A stretch of 63,109 bases of DNA, filler included, from Choristocarpus tenellus KU-1152 (lineage: Eukaryota; Protista; Phaeophyceae): the NCBI GenBank assembly GCA_964200185.2. It is 10 parts of 10 records of this genome, joined end to end, with 100 filler letters (N's around TTAATTAATTAA, not from the genome) between each part and the next. Parts side by side here need not be neighbours in the genome. Positions count along the whole stretch, not along the records: positions 42,657 to 54,812 come from CAXNAD020001950.1; positions 54,913 to 59,092 come from CAXNAD020015821.1; positions 59,193 to 63,109 come from CAXNAD020017160.1; 7 more parts are not named here. One strand, given 5' to 3'. A program made the position numbers and the translations under genes. Each line of letters begins with the position of its first letter. Within the stretch, counting starts at the first letter, position 1. Of this stretch, positions 50,605 to 63,033 are shown one piece after another. Under the pieces are notes generated by a model. That model saw only the letters and a program-made list of their open reading frames with translations. It made no database searches and had not been told where the DNA came from.

Positions 50605-52791
50605 AGCGTTACATTTTGAAGGTGATGTTCCTTGCAGCTCTGGCCCCGCCACCGTAGGAATCTCTCAAACGGGGTGTGGTTAGATGAGAGAATTGAGACG
50701 TGGCCAATTGTGGACACTAAGGTTGCTCAGCACTCCAGCAAACACCGCCCCAAAGAAACGAAGGTGCTTGTATCACCCATGTTGGATGAGGAGAGGTTTA
50801 AGAAGCTCATGATCAAGATCATCCCGGCAATCAAAGCCCACATGCTTAGGCCAAAAGGAGACCACCATATTTTGTGCAACAGGACAAGGCAAACCCACAA
50901 ACCAAGGCGGGGATCATGGAGGCAATCAAGGAGACGGTGGGGGACAACATTATCAATCTAATAGAGACCTAACCAGCCAACTAACTTGACCTCAATATCA
51001 ACGACCTGGGATTCTTTCATTCCATCCAGCAACTGAATGAGGACGTGGGAGTGATCAACACGGAGGAAACCTGGTCCAGGCCACAAACGAGGCATTCGAT
51101 GTGTACCCCCGGGAAACACAAGAACACATCTGGCAGAGCCTCTTTCGGAATTAAATGTGAGTTCTGGAGTCCAATGGTGACAACGTCTTAAAAATTCCCA
51201 ATCTTACCAAGGAAAAAAGACTGAGGAGGCAGACAAGCTCCCCCCTAATGCCCAAGTAGATGTGTCAAAACACCATGTTGGAATGAAGTGTTGGAGGGCT
51301 TTGGAGGCAAAATCATAGATAGGTGTAGGCTGTCCCATTTTGCTTGGAATCTTGGTGGGCAACCTTTTAGTATCTACACAAAAAAACCCCATAGATATGA
51401 ACACGTGTAAAAAATCTTGCTTCTTAATCGGGGCTGCAAAGATTATGTAAAATTTAATTCTGAACGGAGGAAGTCTATAAATAATATTGAAAATGTTTAG
51501 GGTAGAAATAAAAAATACATTGAATTACAAACCTTTTAGGTCTCTATCCTGGAAAAAAGCTTTCGTCTTCCAAGAATAATCCGGCATCCTTAGTGTATGT
51601 ATATGTATTGTGGTGAGTAGGTGGTGTGCATGTTGCTGCACACGGATAATAAAAACCGTAAAAATATATATTCTTTCCTGGAAGTAGCTTGAAGATACCT
51701 CCATCTACAATCTCCATACATTTGTTGTGGAGTTGGTCTGCGTGAATAGATATTATGCCAAATATTGACTTGGGCAACCAAAAATATTCTCTGATATCCA
51801 CATACACAATGTAGGAAGAGACATGCATGCATGCAAGTATATTCTGGGTCAAAATATTGTGTTGATCAGCTGAAATTTCTCTAGGAACTAGACAATAGAG
51901 TTGCGAGGCAAACAGTCATAAAATAGCTTCACAATGAACCTCTTTTACACTCTATGTACATCTCTTGTAGTTATGTTTGTTGGAATAGCCTGTCAGCAAT
52001 GCATCATTTTTCCAAACATCCAATTAACATCAAGGCAATGTATCAATTAACAATGCACCTTTTATCTCATGTCTCATACATGTAGTATGCATGTTAGGCA
52101 TAAACTTGGAATTGATACACACCCCACCACAAAAAAAGGACGGACTGAAGGGAGGACATTTTTATGCCACATGTGGGTAAGTCACACCACTTGCTAGTAC
52201 GCACTGAACCTGAGGTTTAGGGGGGGAGAGTGTCAACCTTTCCGTTGTGTCCCACTTCCCTTGCACTGACTTCTTGAAGCTTCACTTCACAGCCTCTCAA
52301 AGTATACAATGAAGTGGTTGTGAGTCGCTTTGGCTTTTAAGTTCTCCAAGTCTACAGAAGAGGTTAAATGCCAACGACTTTTTGGCACATTTATGAAAGG
52401 GCAGTAATCACCTAGTACTTGAAAACATGTAACACAAAACACGCAGCAAACATGTAATGTCAACAAGTAACAAAATTTGGGTTAAGTACCCTAACTTAGA
52501 AAACAACAATAATGAGACAGCATTCCACCAACTACCTAAAGCACAGATCCCAAGGGTTATCCCTTCCTTGTGGAGCTATATACATTTGCCTACAAACACC
52601 GAAAACGCCTAACAACGGGCATATCTGTTTGATGTGCATCTGTCTTGTCTAATTCCTAACCAAAAACCCCAAACACCTATAGTGTTTTTGCACCCATGAT
52701 CCAAACAACTCCACTGAATTTGAATAGATCAAGATGAGCGAGCAACAGGGCTTGCAAGTTGCTGGGATGTGATACCCCCAACAAGCTCTTG

Positions 52792-54675
52792 TCACCTAGA
52801 TCGCGACCTTGAGAACCGCCTTGAGCTTCCACTGTCTTTGTTGTACCCCTCAGTCCTCCTCGAGGAGGATACCCAATCTAACCCTCTCGCACTTCTATCT
52901 AAGGGCTCCCTCAAGTCACATGTTGCGTATCGGTCCCGTGATCTTTCATATGTAGATGATCCTCGCTCACTGCCCCAATCACTCCTTGAACCCCTGGTCC
53001 TACTGTGGAGTCGATCATGGTAGTACCTGTCAGGGTGTTCGTATCCAACCCTTCCTCGGTCACCCCTTCCTCCGTCATGGGTGTCATGGGTGTCATGGGT
53101 TGGTCCGCGGAAATCATCATACTCCCATGAGTAATTGTACTTGTTCTTCAACCTTTCATACTCCAACATGCCATGTCTCCCTTGCTCTTCGCTTCTCTCC
53201 TCTTGCCGAGCCGTGTAGTCTCCGTGATAATGTCTATCTTCTCTTTCCAGAGAGGACAATGTTTTGGGACGATAATGGTGTGTTTTCTCACGACTTTCCG
53301 GGGTAATTGAGTCATCCCTACGCTCACCATGTCTCTGCCGCCTATCACTTAGTTTTGTTCCTGGTGGCCGATCCCAAATCTCTGGATTTCGAGAGGATAC
53401 ATTTCGAGACCACACTGGGGTCGTTGGGGAATCTGTCCATGGTTTATGCGTGCTTCGGAATGCAGTACGAGGTGCCGTAGCAAAGGGCTTGGGCCTGACC
53501 CAAGCCTTGGTTGGACGTACCCATGGTATTGTTTGTGGCAGCTTTCCAAGATGCCCCGTTGACACAGACGTAGATTGCATCAGAGAATCCTCAGTGGACT
53601 CAAGAGGAGTGCTCTCTTGCATGCTCTTGGCAATACCTTGAGCTAAGTTGGTGGTATTTTCCCTCCGAATCTCCCTATCTCCCTCAAACACTTCACCAAT
53701 GCTTTCAACAACACCATGCAAACTGGGGCCACTAGAGCAGTCCCCAGTGGAGTTGGTTTCATGTTTGCTGGGCAATTCACCAGAAGCGCACTCAAATGTT
53801 GGTGGGACATGCTGAATTCTGAGGGAAGTAGGAGGTTGTTTCGTGTTGCAATCTGGAAAGTGTAAGGACATGGTAGCATTCAGAGAGTGCTCACCATGTG
53901 CTGGAGATTCCAATTTTCCTGATCCTATGTTGACCCCTGATACAGCCTCATATCCTGACCAAGTCCTGTTGACACTCATGCCATCCACAATATTACCCTC
54001 CTGAGTACTTACGGCATAGGCATATCTTGTATCACCCTGGTGTTCTCTTTCTTGGATTTTAGTGTCTTGAACATGTCTTTGTCCTTCACCCAAGTCTTCA
54101 CTGCCCTGAACAGCATGGGAGGTTCCGCCAACATCCACATTCACTGTGCGATCAGTTTTTATGCCTGCTCCCTGACATACATAAGGTGGCATAGAACAAG
54201 GTTCAGCCCTCTGTGGGTTCTCATGGAAGGAAGCCTTCAGGATGCTTTTTGTCGTAGTCCGCTTGAGAGCAGACTGAACTGGCACAGTTGTTGTTGCTGA
54301 AGAGACATGTACCATGGGCTGACTGTCATACTCTTTTGTGATCACCGTGGCCCAGGGCACCAGAGGCAAGGATAATTCAGAAGGAGCAACACAGGGATCT
54401 ACCTCCCTGGGTGCAAAGAAGGCAGGCTTTGATGGTTTCCTCACATCTTCTGCTGAAGATTGTGCGTATGCAGACTTTAGGCTTCTCTTCCCCAGCCGAC
54501 CACCCTCTCCAGTTGATGTGGTTGGTTTGAGGGCAGTCAGTCCTGTGATGTCAGGGTCTGAAGACTCAGGAGCCGTGTGAGCACCACTGAAGTTCAACCT
54601 TGCCCTGTATTGCACCCAAGGAATGAAGTACATAGTTTCTCCAAAGGTTATCAAAGGAGGTGATGAAAATAACAA
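52792..54675 (-). CDS. Long, probably late or terminal exon of a low-complexity protein ending in an Arg/Ser/Asp-rich (RS-like) tail; likely acceptor near 54586
   Basis: 627-codon open frame, S/T/E-rich, C-terminus ...SSRRFSRSRSR. No folded domain recognised. The upstream part is cut by the spacer. Confidence 0.65.
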   Translation of the reverse strand: MLFSSPPLITFGETMYFIPWVQYRARLNFSGAHTAPESSDPDITGLTALKPTTSTGEGGRLGKRSLKSAYAQSSAEDVRKPSKPAFFAPREVDPCVAPSELSLPLVPWATVITKEYDSQPMVHVSSATTTVPVQSALKRTTTKSILKASFHENPQRAEPCSMPPYVCQGAGIKTDRTVNVDVGGTSHAVQGSEDLGEGQRHVQDTKIQEREHQGDTRYAYAVSTQEGNIVDGMSVNRTWSGYEAVSGVNIGSGKLESPAHGEHSLNATMSLHFPDCNTKQPPTSLRIQHVPPTFECASGELPSKHETNSTGDCSSGPSLHGVVESIGEVFEGDREIRRENTTNLAQGIAKSMQESTPLESTEDSLMQSTSVSTGHLGKLPQTIPWVRPTKAWVRPKPFATAPRTAFRSTHKPWTDSPTTPVWSRNVSSRNPEIWDRPPGTKLSDRRQRHGERRDDSITPESREKTHHYRPKTLSSLEREDRHYHGDYTARQEERSEEQGRHGMLEYERLKNKYNYSWEYDDFRGPTHDTHDTHDGGRGDRGRVGYEHPDRYYHDRLHSRTRGSRSDWGSERGSSTYERSRDRYATCDLREPLDRSARGLDWVSSSRRTEGYNKDSGSSRRFSRSRSR

Positions 54676-57453
54676 GTCAGAACTTTGTATGGTGGTAGCT
54701 CAAAAGGTACAGAAAGGGAAAAGTGAGCAGTACAATTTGAAATCTCATTATCAAAACCAGGATGGAGGATAGTGCTCATACAAAATGACCCAAAGTATCT
54801 GGGAGGGGGGGGNNNNNNNNNNNNNNNNNNNNNNNNNNNNNNNNNNNNNNNNNNNNTTAATTAATTAANNNNNNNNNNNNNNNNNNNNNNNNNNNNNNNN
54901 NNNNNNNNNNNNAGGAAGATAAAAAGAAAGGGGCGGAGGGTGCGGGGGGAAGGGGGGGGGGGGGGGGGGAAGGGAGTGGCAAGCGGGGGATACTTTGAGG
55001 TGAAGGCAAGATGCGGAAGTAAGCACTGAGTAGAACTGTTGCGTCAGGCGTTCTCTTGTTCTAGAAAATGAAAACACGCCACTTCCGGAGTCTTCACGCA
55101 TGTAATCTACGAGGGGCGTTTTCCTATACACGGGTGAGCAGTAACCATTATGCTCACATCCTTGGTGGAACGGTTAGCAAACAAAGAGGCAAGAGACAAG
55201 GCCCTCGTGTACGCCCCCTTAATCTTTACCCTAGAAGATAATCGATTGAACACCAGGCCACAAGACTACTGTTGTAGAGCACAGCGCAGCGCACTATCAG
55301 TGCTCTTCACGCTCGCCCCGCATTGCATGTTGTGCATTGAGAAATAGATCCAACAGGGGGTACCTTATCGTATTAATTGAACTTGTGCTGTCAGCCTGTC
55401 TGTCACACAATACTTGGCACTTTTAGTATCTCCCAGGTACATGAAATCTCACGAAGTATTGAGGGTGTTTTTTCACGTCTGTGTTTGGTGTGTATACCTA
55501 TGTACCCGAGTCCATCTTACTGCAATAAAATGTATAGATATTCAATTTGGTTCTCTGGCACACTTGACTTCACGTTGTTGTGCTTTTCGACTGCTCCCTA
55601 CGGAATTACTCAATTAATTACGGAATTACTCAATTAAGGATGTTGAAACGAGCCTCCAATCCAAACATAGTCCCTTCCAGCATCTACTTACAATGAATTG
55701 ATTCATTCGCACTTACTTACCCTGTCAAAAAAATTCAAATAATTGTTCTCTACGCAGGTTTCTCCTCTTGCCAACAATGCAAAAGTGCGGAAGGTACTCG
55801 TAGCATTTAAATAAGTCTCCCTTGAATAAGTATTCTAAGGTCATACATCAACTTTCCCCAATCCACATCATGGCAGTTCTACAGCCATCTGAAGAGCAGG
55901 CTGAATCACCATGTCATGGAACATAAGTGGTAGAAAATGTTAGCATCACTATGGCAACATCAAATCTACTTGGAACGTGTTCAATGCTTCATCCTACTTT
56001 GACGTCACCACCCGAAAAAAAAGTAAGCCTGAAGATGAGTATGCTACTACGCTTGTTTATTGTGGTGTAGCACACCATGAACCTTGCAGACAGGTTGCAG
56101 CCCGTCTCGTTTTATCATGGGTGGTATCGACGCTTCTCAGTAAGAAAGGCATTACAACAGCAATTACACAATTGTTGCGCATCAAGAGTAGGTTGTGCTA
56201 TGCACCACTCCCTTTAGGACCGAACCTTGGGCCTATCAGACTCGGCACGCTGTTGTCGAGAGTATCGTTTTAAGACAGGGAAGGAAAGACTGCACTTTTT
56301 GTCAGGACAAAGATCACGTGAGCAAATGGCATTGGACGATGGCACTGGAGAAGATTCGCTCAACATGACTATCACCTACCAATCCCACACAGGGTGCCAG
56401 AAGACCTTTCGAATGAAAATAGCACTCGTAGACAGAGTAGTCAGTAGTATAGGCCAAAGTCTCTAGTACCCAGTCATCCAGGTACAACCAAGTCCTTTAT
56501 ACTGCATACATCATTCCCAGAGTCCAGATGGTGCTTACGTCGCACCTCGGGTTCCCATCGTTCTCGAGAGGTAAGCCCTTCGACAACCCTGTCCAGACCC
56601 TTCGCCACCAATAGCATTGCTGATGATAGGTGCGTGTAGATGAGAGTACGTTGAAACTCGCCACGTATGCCAGTTGCGGGCTAGTCGCAAGCCTTGGCAT
56701 GCATCTGTGTGGAGTTAACAGGCAACTTCGTCATTTTATCAGGTTGTAGTTGAGGGTTACCTAACCAACGAGGAAGAGCAAAGGTTAGTTGCTGTCTCCT
56801 TGCTACATGAATCGGCGTCTTCCTATAAATTGTGAGCTTTTCGTCAAGGTCACCTCTTGATTTCCGAACCTGAATCCAACTTGAACAACACTACGAGTGC
56901 TGGTATACAATGTATCGCGTCTGGAGAGGATCATGTTTCCCACACGAGAGTAGAGAGCCTCATTAACAACCGAGTCCTCGCTATGACACCATTCATCAGT
57001 ACATATTGCACAAGGTACTCACGGGTGAAGAAAACCAACACGGATACAAGTATAGCAGTTGAGTGCATCTTGGCTCCAGATTACAGTACTCAGAGATTCA
57101 AAAAACGAAACCCCATCCAGGCTATTGAATGCTCTCGACAAGAGCAACGTAGGCTCCCTACGACCTGAGCTCGAGATAGTCAAAATGACACATAGGATAA
57201 GCTGCTAGTGTTGCAGTCTTGCTTTGCTCTGTCCGCAAGTGACGACGACAGTTTGTTTGTCCTTTCAAAAGCCTAAAACCCAAAACACACGTCAACACCT
57301 AACAGGCGACGCCACCTTGGTTTTATGACCATACCATACCTCCATTCTGCATCTAACACACATCCTATCCACAGACAGTTGAAGGACCAGGTCTCATTTG
57401 CTACACGTAGAAAGTTGCAAGAACCCAAGTGGTGATCTCGCCCCGCTTGCAAA

Positions 57454-58274
57454 ATGGCTCACATCCTCGAGGCAGTGGAAGGTATGCTGAAACTTCCTTC
57501 TGTCGTACATTTCCCTTTGTCCCTACCATCTCAAACCCTGACTTTCCTTCAGTCTGCTCCACAGACATCGACTTCGTATATTCTAGGCCTGACTTACCGT
57601 AGTTAGGTGTCGTTGGGGTTGGTGTAGGTGAAGCTTCGACCGCTGCTCGGTCAAACCTGAACATGTCTGAGGCCAAGTGATGTCTGTATTGATGTTCCTT
57701 GGCTCCTCCATGAGTAAGTATTGTCTCCCTCTTCACCCTTCCAAGTCGTGACTTGAGGTTTCGTGGTGCTTTGCCTGGTTTTATAGTATCCGCTCTATGG
57801 TGTAAAATATGACGTCTGCTACCCTTGATTTGCGTCCAGGACTGACCCTTGTAATACATCAGTACAAAGTGTTAGATGCAATGCTGGTGTGGACCTACTT
57901 GCTATCCATCGTCAACACACTGTGTGCCTTGGGGGACTTAACGTTCTACCTGGTGGACAAGGTTACCACTTTGTTGTTATCTTGAGGCCAACCGTATGGA
58001 GACTTATTTTGAATCCCCACTTGCCCCTTCTTAACCCCACAACAATACTCAGTCCATCTCTCTCCCGTCAAACATCTTCTGCGTCCTTTTCCCTCCACTT
58101 GCCTTGTGTCACCTTGCTCATGACTCGCCTAATAACCTCCTCTTACCCCTTGCCCCCTCATTTTGGACCGGATATACAGGGGCGGCAGTCGACAAAGTGA
58201 AGATCACGCGTGCTCTTCTCTCAGTCTCTGACAAAAGTGGACTGGTGGACTTTGCAAAGTTCCTGGTGGAGCAG
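57454..58274 (+). CDS. purH: Bifunctional AICAR transformylase/IMP cyclohydrolase, first two exons (57454-57481, 58180-58274); remainder not found before the spacer
   Basis: MAHILEAVEG|AAVDKVKITRALLSVSDKSGLVDFAKFLVEQ matches the PurH/ATIC N-terminal RALLSVSDK.G signature. The intron is in phase. Confidence 0.8.
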
Positions 58275-59299
58275 GTCTGTCTTACCCCTCCTATCTCCCC
58301 TCACTCACTCACTCACTCAATATTGCTTGAAAATCTCCCGCCCTGAGTCTCACAGAGTCTGTGATGCGGATAGAGACGCTTTTGGTAATGATTGCGTCAA
58401 AGTCTGGACCACACCCTGAACCTCTTACCTTGTTTTTGTTACCATTGCTAGTTGATCTAAGGTTAGGGTTGCAATAATGAAGTCCTATACCTTTTTTTTA
58501 TCATGTATACTTCACTGTGGCATGATGTGCCTCCCTCCTTGACAGTGGGTCTCTCAGTCTGAGTTGGTGGGTGGTTGGATAGAACCTCTAGGAGATGGGG
58601 ATCGTTATCCACCCTGCTATGTGCATACTAAAAACAAACATCAACGCACGCACACCTGGTGTATACACCACTCGATCCCATTAGACCATCGTTTGCCCTC
58701 ACTGCTCCATGGACCACGGACGCCCCCCACATCCCTCCTGCTGTGTTGAACCTGTCCAATTCTTTCAAGCCTTGAGTGGCATGTGGAAGTACTCTTAACT
58801 TGCCACCGCTTTTGATCGAGTGAATTATTGGTGTCATCATCACAGCTAAAAAGGGAGACAAAGGCAAGAGGTCAAATGATCACTCAGATCCTCTCACGTG
58901 TCTGGCTCTGTGCTCATTATGGAGTAGTAGTGACCGTTCAAGCTCATGCACATTCCCAGCAGGAACGGTAGTGTTTCCAGCTCTCTTACTCCTTGCTGGC
59001 ATCGTTTCCTGATCTCCTTCCACCCCCCACCTATGCCACTTCTCTTGCTTCTGCCCCCCTCACCCTCCTCACCCTCCTCACCCTCCTCACCCNNNNNNNN
59101 NNNNNNNNNNNNNNNNNNNNNNNNNNNNNNNNNNNNTTAATTAATTAANNNNNNNNNNNNNNNNNNNNNNNNNNNNNNNNNNNNNNNNNNNNGTCTCTTC
59201 ATTCTTAAATTGTTTCTTCTACAGAATCTTCTTTTGCACTTGAATAAAAAGCATATTCTTAACACTGATCTTGGTGTGAACATGTATTCTGCCAAGGCT

Positions 59300-61008
59300 T
59301 GTATGTGAGATGGTCACAGTTTCCGGTCTGTCGACTCCACCAGAATCTCAACTTTTAGGGATAACGGGGAAAGAAATCTCACCTTCACGTCATTAGGGGA
59401 GGAGGAATTATCTCCCTAGGGATGCACAGAGTGAGTGGGAGGAATGGCTCCGATTCTACTAATGTCCCTATCACTGATGCAATGTCCGTTTCTGGCACAC
59501 CAAGATTTAACTTGACCCAGAAAACTGTGTCGAGGGATGTGAATGAGCTGCAAACACAATTAGGTGATGTTCATCAAGGGTTGGACAGGAAAGACGCTTC
59601 GGCGCAGAACATTTTGTTAACTGGAACATGGGAGCCATCTTGTCGAGGTTGCCCACTCGGCAAGGGTCATAGGTATCCAATTCCACAGGAGACGGAGAAT
59701 CGTGCTTCGGTAAACAGGGAAGATGTTTATGTGGACTCGGTTGGAACGAACGCAATGTCAGAGGAGGAAGTTGTGATATCTGATGATCTCGCCCAGGAGG
59801 GGGCTAGAGAAGTCGATTTCGCACAGGATGAGACTGGAGGTATCAACCTAACCCACGCTGGGTCTAGAGATGTCGATCTCACTCAAGAGGGGAGTGGAGG
59901 CGATGTCGATTGTGGAGGATCGATGTTTGACACTACTACACCAGTGGATAATACTGTAGCGAAGTGTATGCTTCCCCCTGAGGGGGTTGAAGTGAATGTC
60001 ATAGTCCCAGGAGGGATTGTTGGAGGGGAGGGACCCACTCCAAAGATGGCACGGTCAGTTATTGATCCAGGAGGGTCAACAAGTACAAATGCAAAATTAG
60101 AGTCGCCATATATGGATTTTGGGGTAGGGCGTTTGATGGTTGAGGACGTTGAACCAGGTCTGAGTTGGACTATGGATGAGTCCAGTCAAAATTCTTCTAA
60201 GAATGCTCTGCTAAGTCCTGTGGTAGCAGGAAATGCAATAGGGTTGGTGATGGAGAAAAGGGAGTTAGATGAATGGTCGAACACTAACATTGGTGATATG
60301 GACCCAGTGTCACAGCAGGGGAGTTAGAGGCTGCGTCATGTGGATCCGAATAATGACCCTACATCTGAACCGGGCGAACCAATGGAGGAGTTACCTGGAA
60401 TTGAGCGGGAATTGAAAATGCGAGAGGCAATGGAGTCAGAAGAGTGGTCTTTGTGGAATGGGGCTATGGACAAGGAAATGGGCATACAAAACAGACATTC
60501 AAAGATTCAGTTTACTTACTCATTAAGTTGGGACTACATTTTCGACTGGGGAAGATGGATGAAAAAGGGAGAGTACAGAGGTCCAAGGAGGGAGTAGGAC
60601 GATCGGAAGGAGAAAGAGAATGGAGCAGGAGGGAGCTGTTGAAATATTCCACACTGGACCTGCGGCTTTGGTGCTTTAATGAAGGACAAAGAACAGCTTA
60701 ATGTAGATAAGCAAAGGTAATATTACAAGGGGCCTTATGGTCTCAATTCCTCTGACTGACTATGTGGGTAAGACTATAGCCTAGACTACCATTATTATTT
60801 CTGTAGTGTGGGGTTTGTAATTGTCCACACTAATTTACTATGAATCACTTATTCACTTGTCTTATATATAGAGAGAAATTGTATCTTGAACGTGATATAA
60901 AAATCAATCAACACTATGAGTCAGCACATATTATATATCTGTCACGGGCTCTCCATCCAATTATCTAATCTACCAGTCGTGTCTATCTGTATCAGCAGCA
61001 CTATCTAC
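59300..61008 (+). mobile_element. Internally deleted Copia element: integrase-RT linker, polypurine tract (~60621-60636) and 3' LTR (60637-~61008)
   Basis: Acidic linker ORF 59422-60327, then the pre-RT motif MREAMESEEWSLWNGAMDKEM. No RT/RNase H follows. Purine tract then TGTTG; the LTR matches 62659-63033. Confidence 0.7.
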
Positions 61009-61226
61009 TCTCCCTTGCTGCAAAGACACTATACACCCTGAGATTCTACGTCTCTCAAACTTGGAGAGAGAAACAAACTTCTGCTAACTCTCTCAAAAAC
61101 AATGCAACAAATATACCCTAACATCAATGTTGACGTTGGGTCTGTGTGGGTACAAAAAAATCAGTCATCAATTCTTAACCTTTGTCCTACTGCAGTCTCA
61201 CGTGGAAACATTCTTGGGTACTTTCT

Positions 61227-61695
61227 CCTGCAGATCCTTGGCAATGCCATGTTGCGTCTCCCACAATCCATGAGATGGCAGGGTCCTTAGCAATGCATAT
61301 AGCGTTTCCTACAATCAACAAAACCTCCCTAGTACATCACTACTGCAGGTCACTAGAACACAGATCCCACCTCATATCTACCTCCCTATTGTAGCCTCCA
61401 GCGGAAACTTTATCGGATACTCCTCCTGCAGGTCCTTGGCAATGCCATGTTGCGTCTCCCACAATCCATGAAATGGCAGGGTCCTTAGCAATGTATATAG
61501 CGTCTCCTACAATCAACAAAATCTCCCTTAGTACATTACCACTACAAATCTCCGGAATAGAGTAATATGGTGGAGCTGTCACTTCCTACCTGTCCTATCA
61601 CAATCTCTACGAACACATCTTGGGGTGTTTCCTACTGTGGGTCCTTAGCCATACCAAAATGTGTCTCCCACGATCCACGAAATATCCCTAGTGTC
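61227..61695. repeat. Tandem ~198-bp-period repeat (61227-61350, 61425-61545, decayed third copy ~61640-61695)
   Basis: Shared core TCCTTGGCAATGCCATGTTGCGTCTCCCACAATCCATGA.ATGGCAGGGTCCTTAGCAATG. Confidence 0.85.
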
Positions 61696-61842
61696 ACACC
61701 TAAAGTGAATCTTTGGAAAAGAGTAGTACTTAACAATTGACTCATCACTGACATACCATACACATAAACGAGGAAATCCTCTCCCTGACTTTAATAGCTC
61801 TTCTATCTAAAGCCAGTCTGCATACAACATCACAGCTGTCAC

Positions 61843-62400
61843 TTGACTGCTGTGGGTATGCACCAAGATACACAACAAATAGGGGACAAACTCAAAATAA
61901 TTTGGAATGATAATAAACACAAGGGAAGACAGTCACAAGGGGTAATGTTCTCTGTCACCGAAATAAGAGCTCCTGATGAAACCTTGCAACCTTCCAGTCT
62001 CGAACTGATTTCTTCCACCTCTCGAGATTCGGTTGGGGGAGGAGTTGTGGTCTATACCACATGCGATCCCTCCTTAGCCCCATTTCCAGAAGGTCGTCTT
62101 GTCCTCTCCCTGGCTCGAACAGTCAGGGGATATTCGCTCATCTCGTGCCTTAACCCTATGCATCTCATGCATCTTCTACCTTGGCCGTCATCTCTCCCCA
62201 GTCTTATAGCCCGATCGAGGTCGGGGCAGTCGTACTTGGTGTGGTCATCTTTGCCACACATACAACAGACTACACAGCCCTTTCCTCGACCTTTTCTACC
62301 AGCAGTCCACCTTCCCGCACTCACAACCAGAGCATGGCAGTTAGTTCCCTTCGCCACTTGAAGAACTTGACAAACTCCATGCTGAAGTCTCTACCTTAAC
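61843..62400 (-). mobile_element. Retrotransposon gag fragment with CCHC zinc knuckle(s)
   Basis: CCMCGKDDHTKYDC (CX2CX4HX4C) and a decayed second knuckle CMRCIGLRHEMSEY. Confidence 0.65.
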
Positions 62401-62658
62401 TCCACGTCCACTGCCCAGACTGATCCCCCACAGATGATGTCGGTGCCATGAAGACCGAGGCCACAGTCATAGACTCCAAAGGTAGCTTGAGCTCTCACCG
62501 AAAAAGCGAGGAAATCCTCTCCCTACTTCCCAGCGAACGTGGGGAGGTTGGTGACCCTGATGGGGTTGCCGGTAGATGTCTTGTACACGATAACTTGCTC
62601 CCTACTAGCCTCGTCGATCAGCACAACGTACCAGGAATAATCGGTCCAATACGTAGCG

Positions 62659-63033
62659 TGTTGAAATATTCCACACTGGACCTGCAGCTTTGGTGCTTTA
62701 ATGAAGGACAAAGAAGAGCTTAATGTAGATAAGCAAAGGTAATATTACAAGGGGCCTTATGGTCTCAATTCCTCTGACTGACTATGTGGGTAAGACTATA
62801 GCCTAGACTACCATTATTATTTCTGTAGTGTGGGGTTTGTAATTGTCCGCACTACTTTACTATGAATCACTTATTCACCTGTATTAAGTATAGAAATTGT
62901 ATCTTGAACGTGATATAAAATCAATCAACTATATCAGTCAGAGTACATACAAATATATCTGTCACGGGCTCTCCATCCAATTATCTAATCCACCTGTGGT
63001 GTCTATGTGTCTCAGCAGCACTATCTACGAACA
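62659..63033 (+). mobile_element. Solo LTR (TGTT...AACA, 375 bp)
   Basis: Nearly identical to 60637-61008 over the first ~230 bp. TG...CA ends; no adjacent PBS or PPT. Confidence 0.75.

Larger units (their letters stand above)
49138..51473 (+). mobile_element. Degenerate Tc1/mariner DD39D (plant/oomycete mariner-type) transposon interrupted by three MITEs
   Basis: Frameshifted motifs VHANEKWFYI, KKRYILKVMFLAA, WLDERIETWPIV...SSKHRPK and DLNINDLGFFHSIQQL. Degenerate TIRs at ~49138-49187 and 51427-51473, the latter ending ACGGAGGAAG (Stowaway-like). Confidence 0.8.

Noticed and set aside
54913-57300. Possible spliced gene on the minus strand, divergent from purH
   Set aside because: Some splice-like signals are present, but I could not build a phase-consistent model or recognise a domain.
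57401-57859. 152-aa minus-strand ORF
   Set aside because: It lies antisense within purH exon 1 and intron 1 and has no recognisable motif.
3182-59192. Recurrent TTAATTAATTAA palindrome inside N runs as a biological motif
   Set aside because: It is an invariant artificial six-frame-stop linker between contigs. Gene neighbourhoods across these spacers are therefore meaningless.
60637-63033. The two LTR copies as the ends of one intact retrotransposon
   Set aside because: The first copy follows a PPT (so it is a 3' LTR) and has no PBS after it. The second has no PPT, the internal gag is antisense, and there is no shared TSD.
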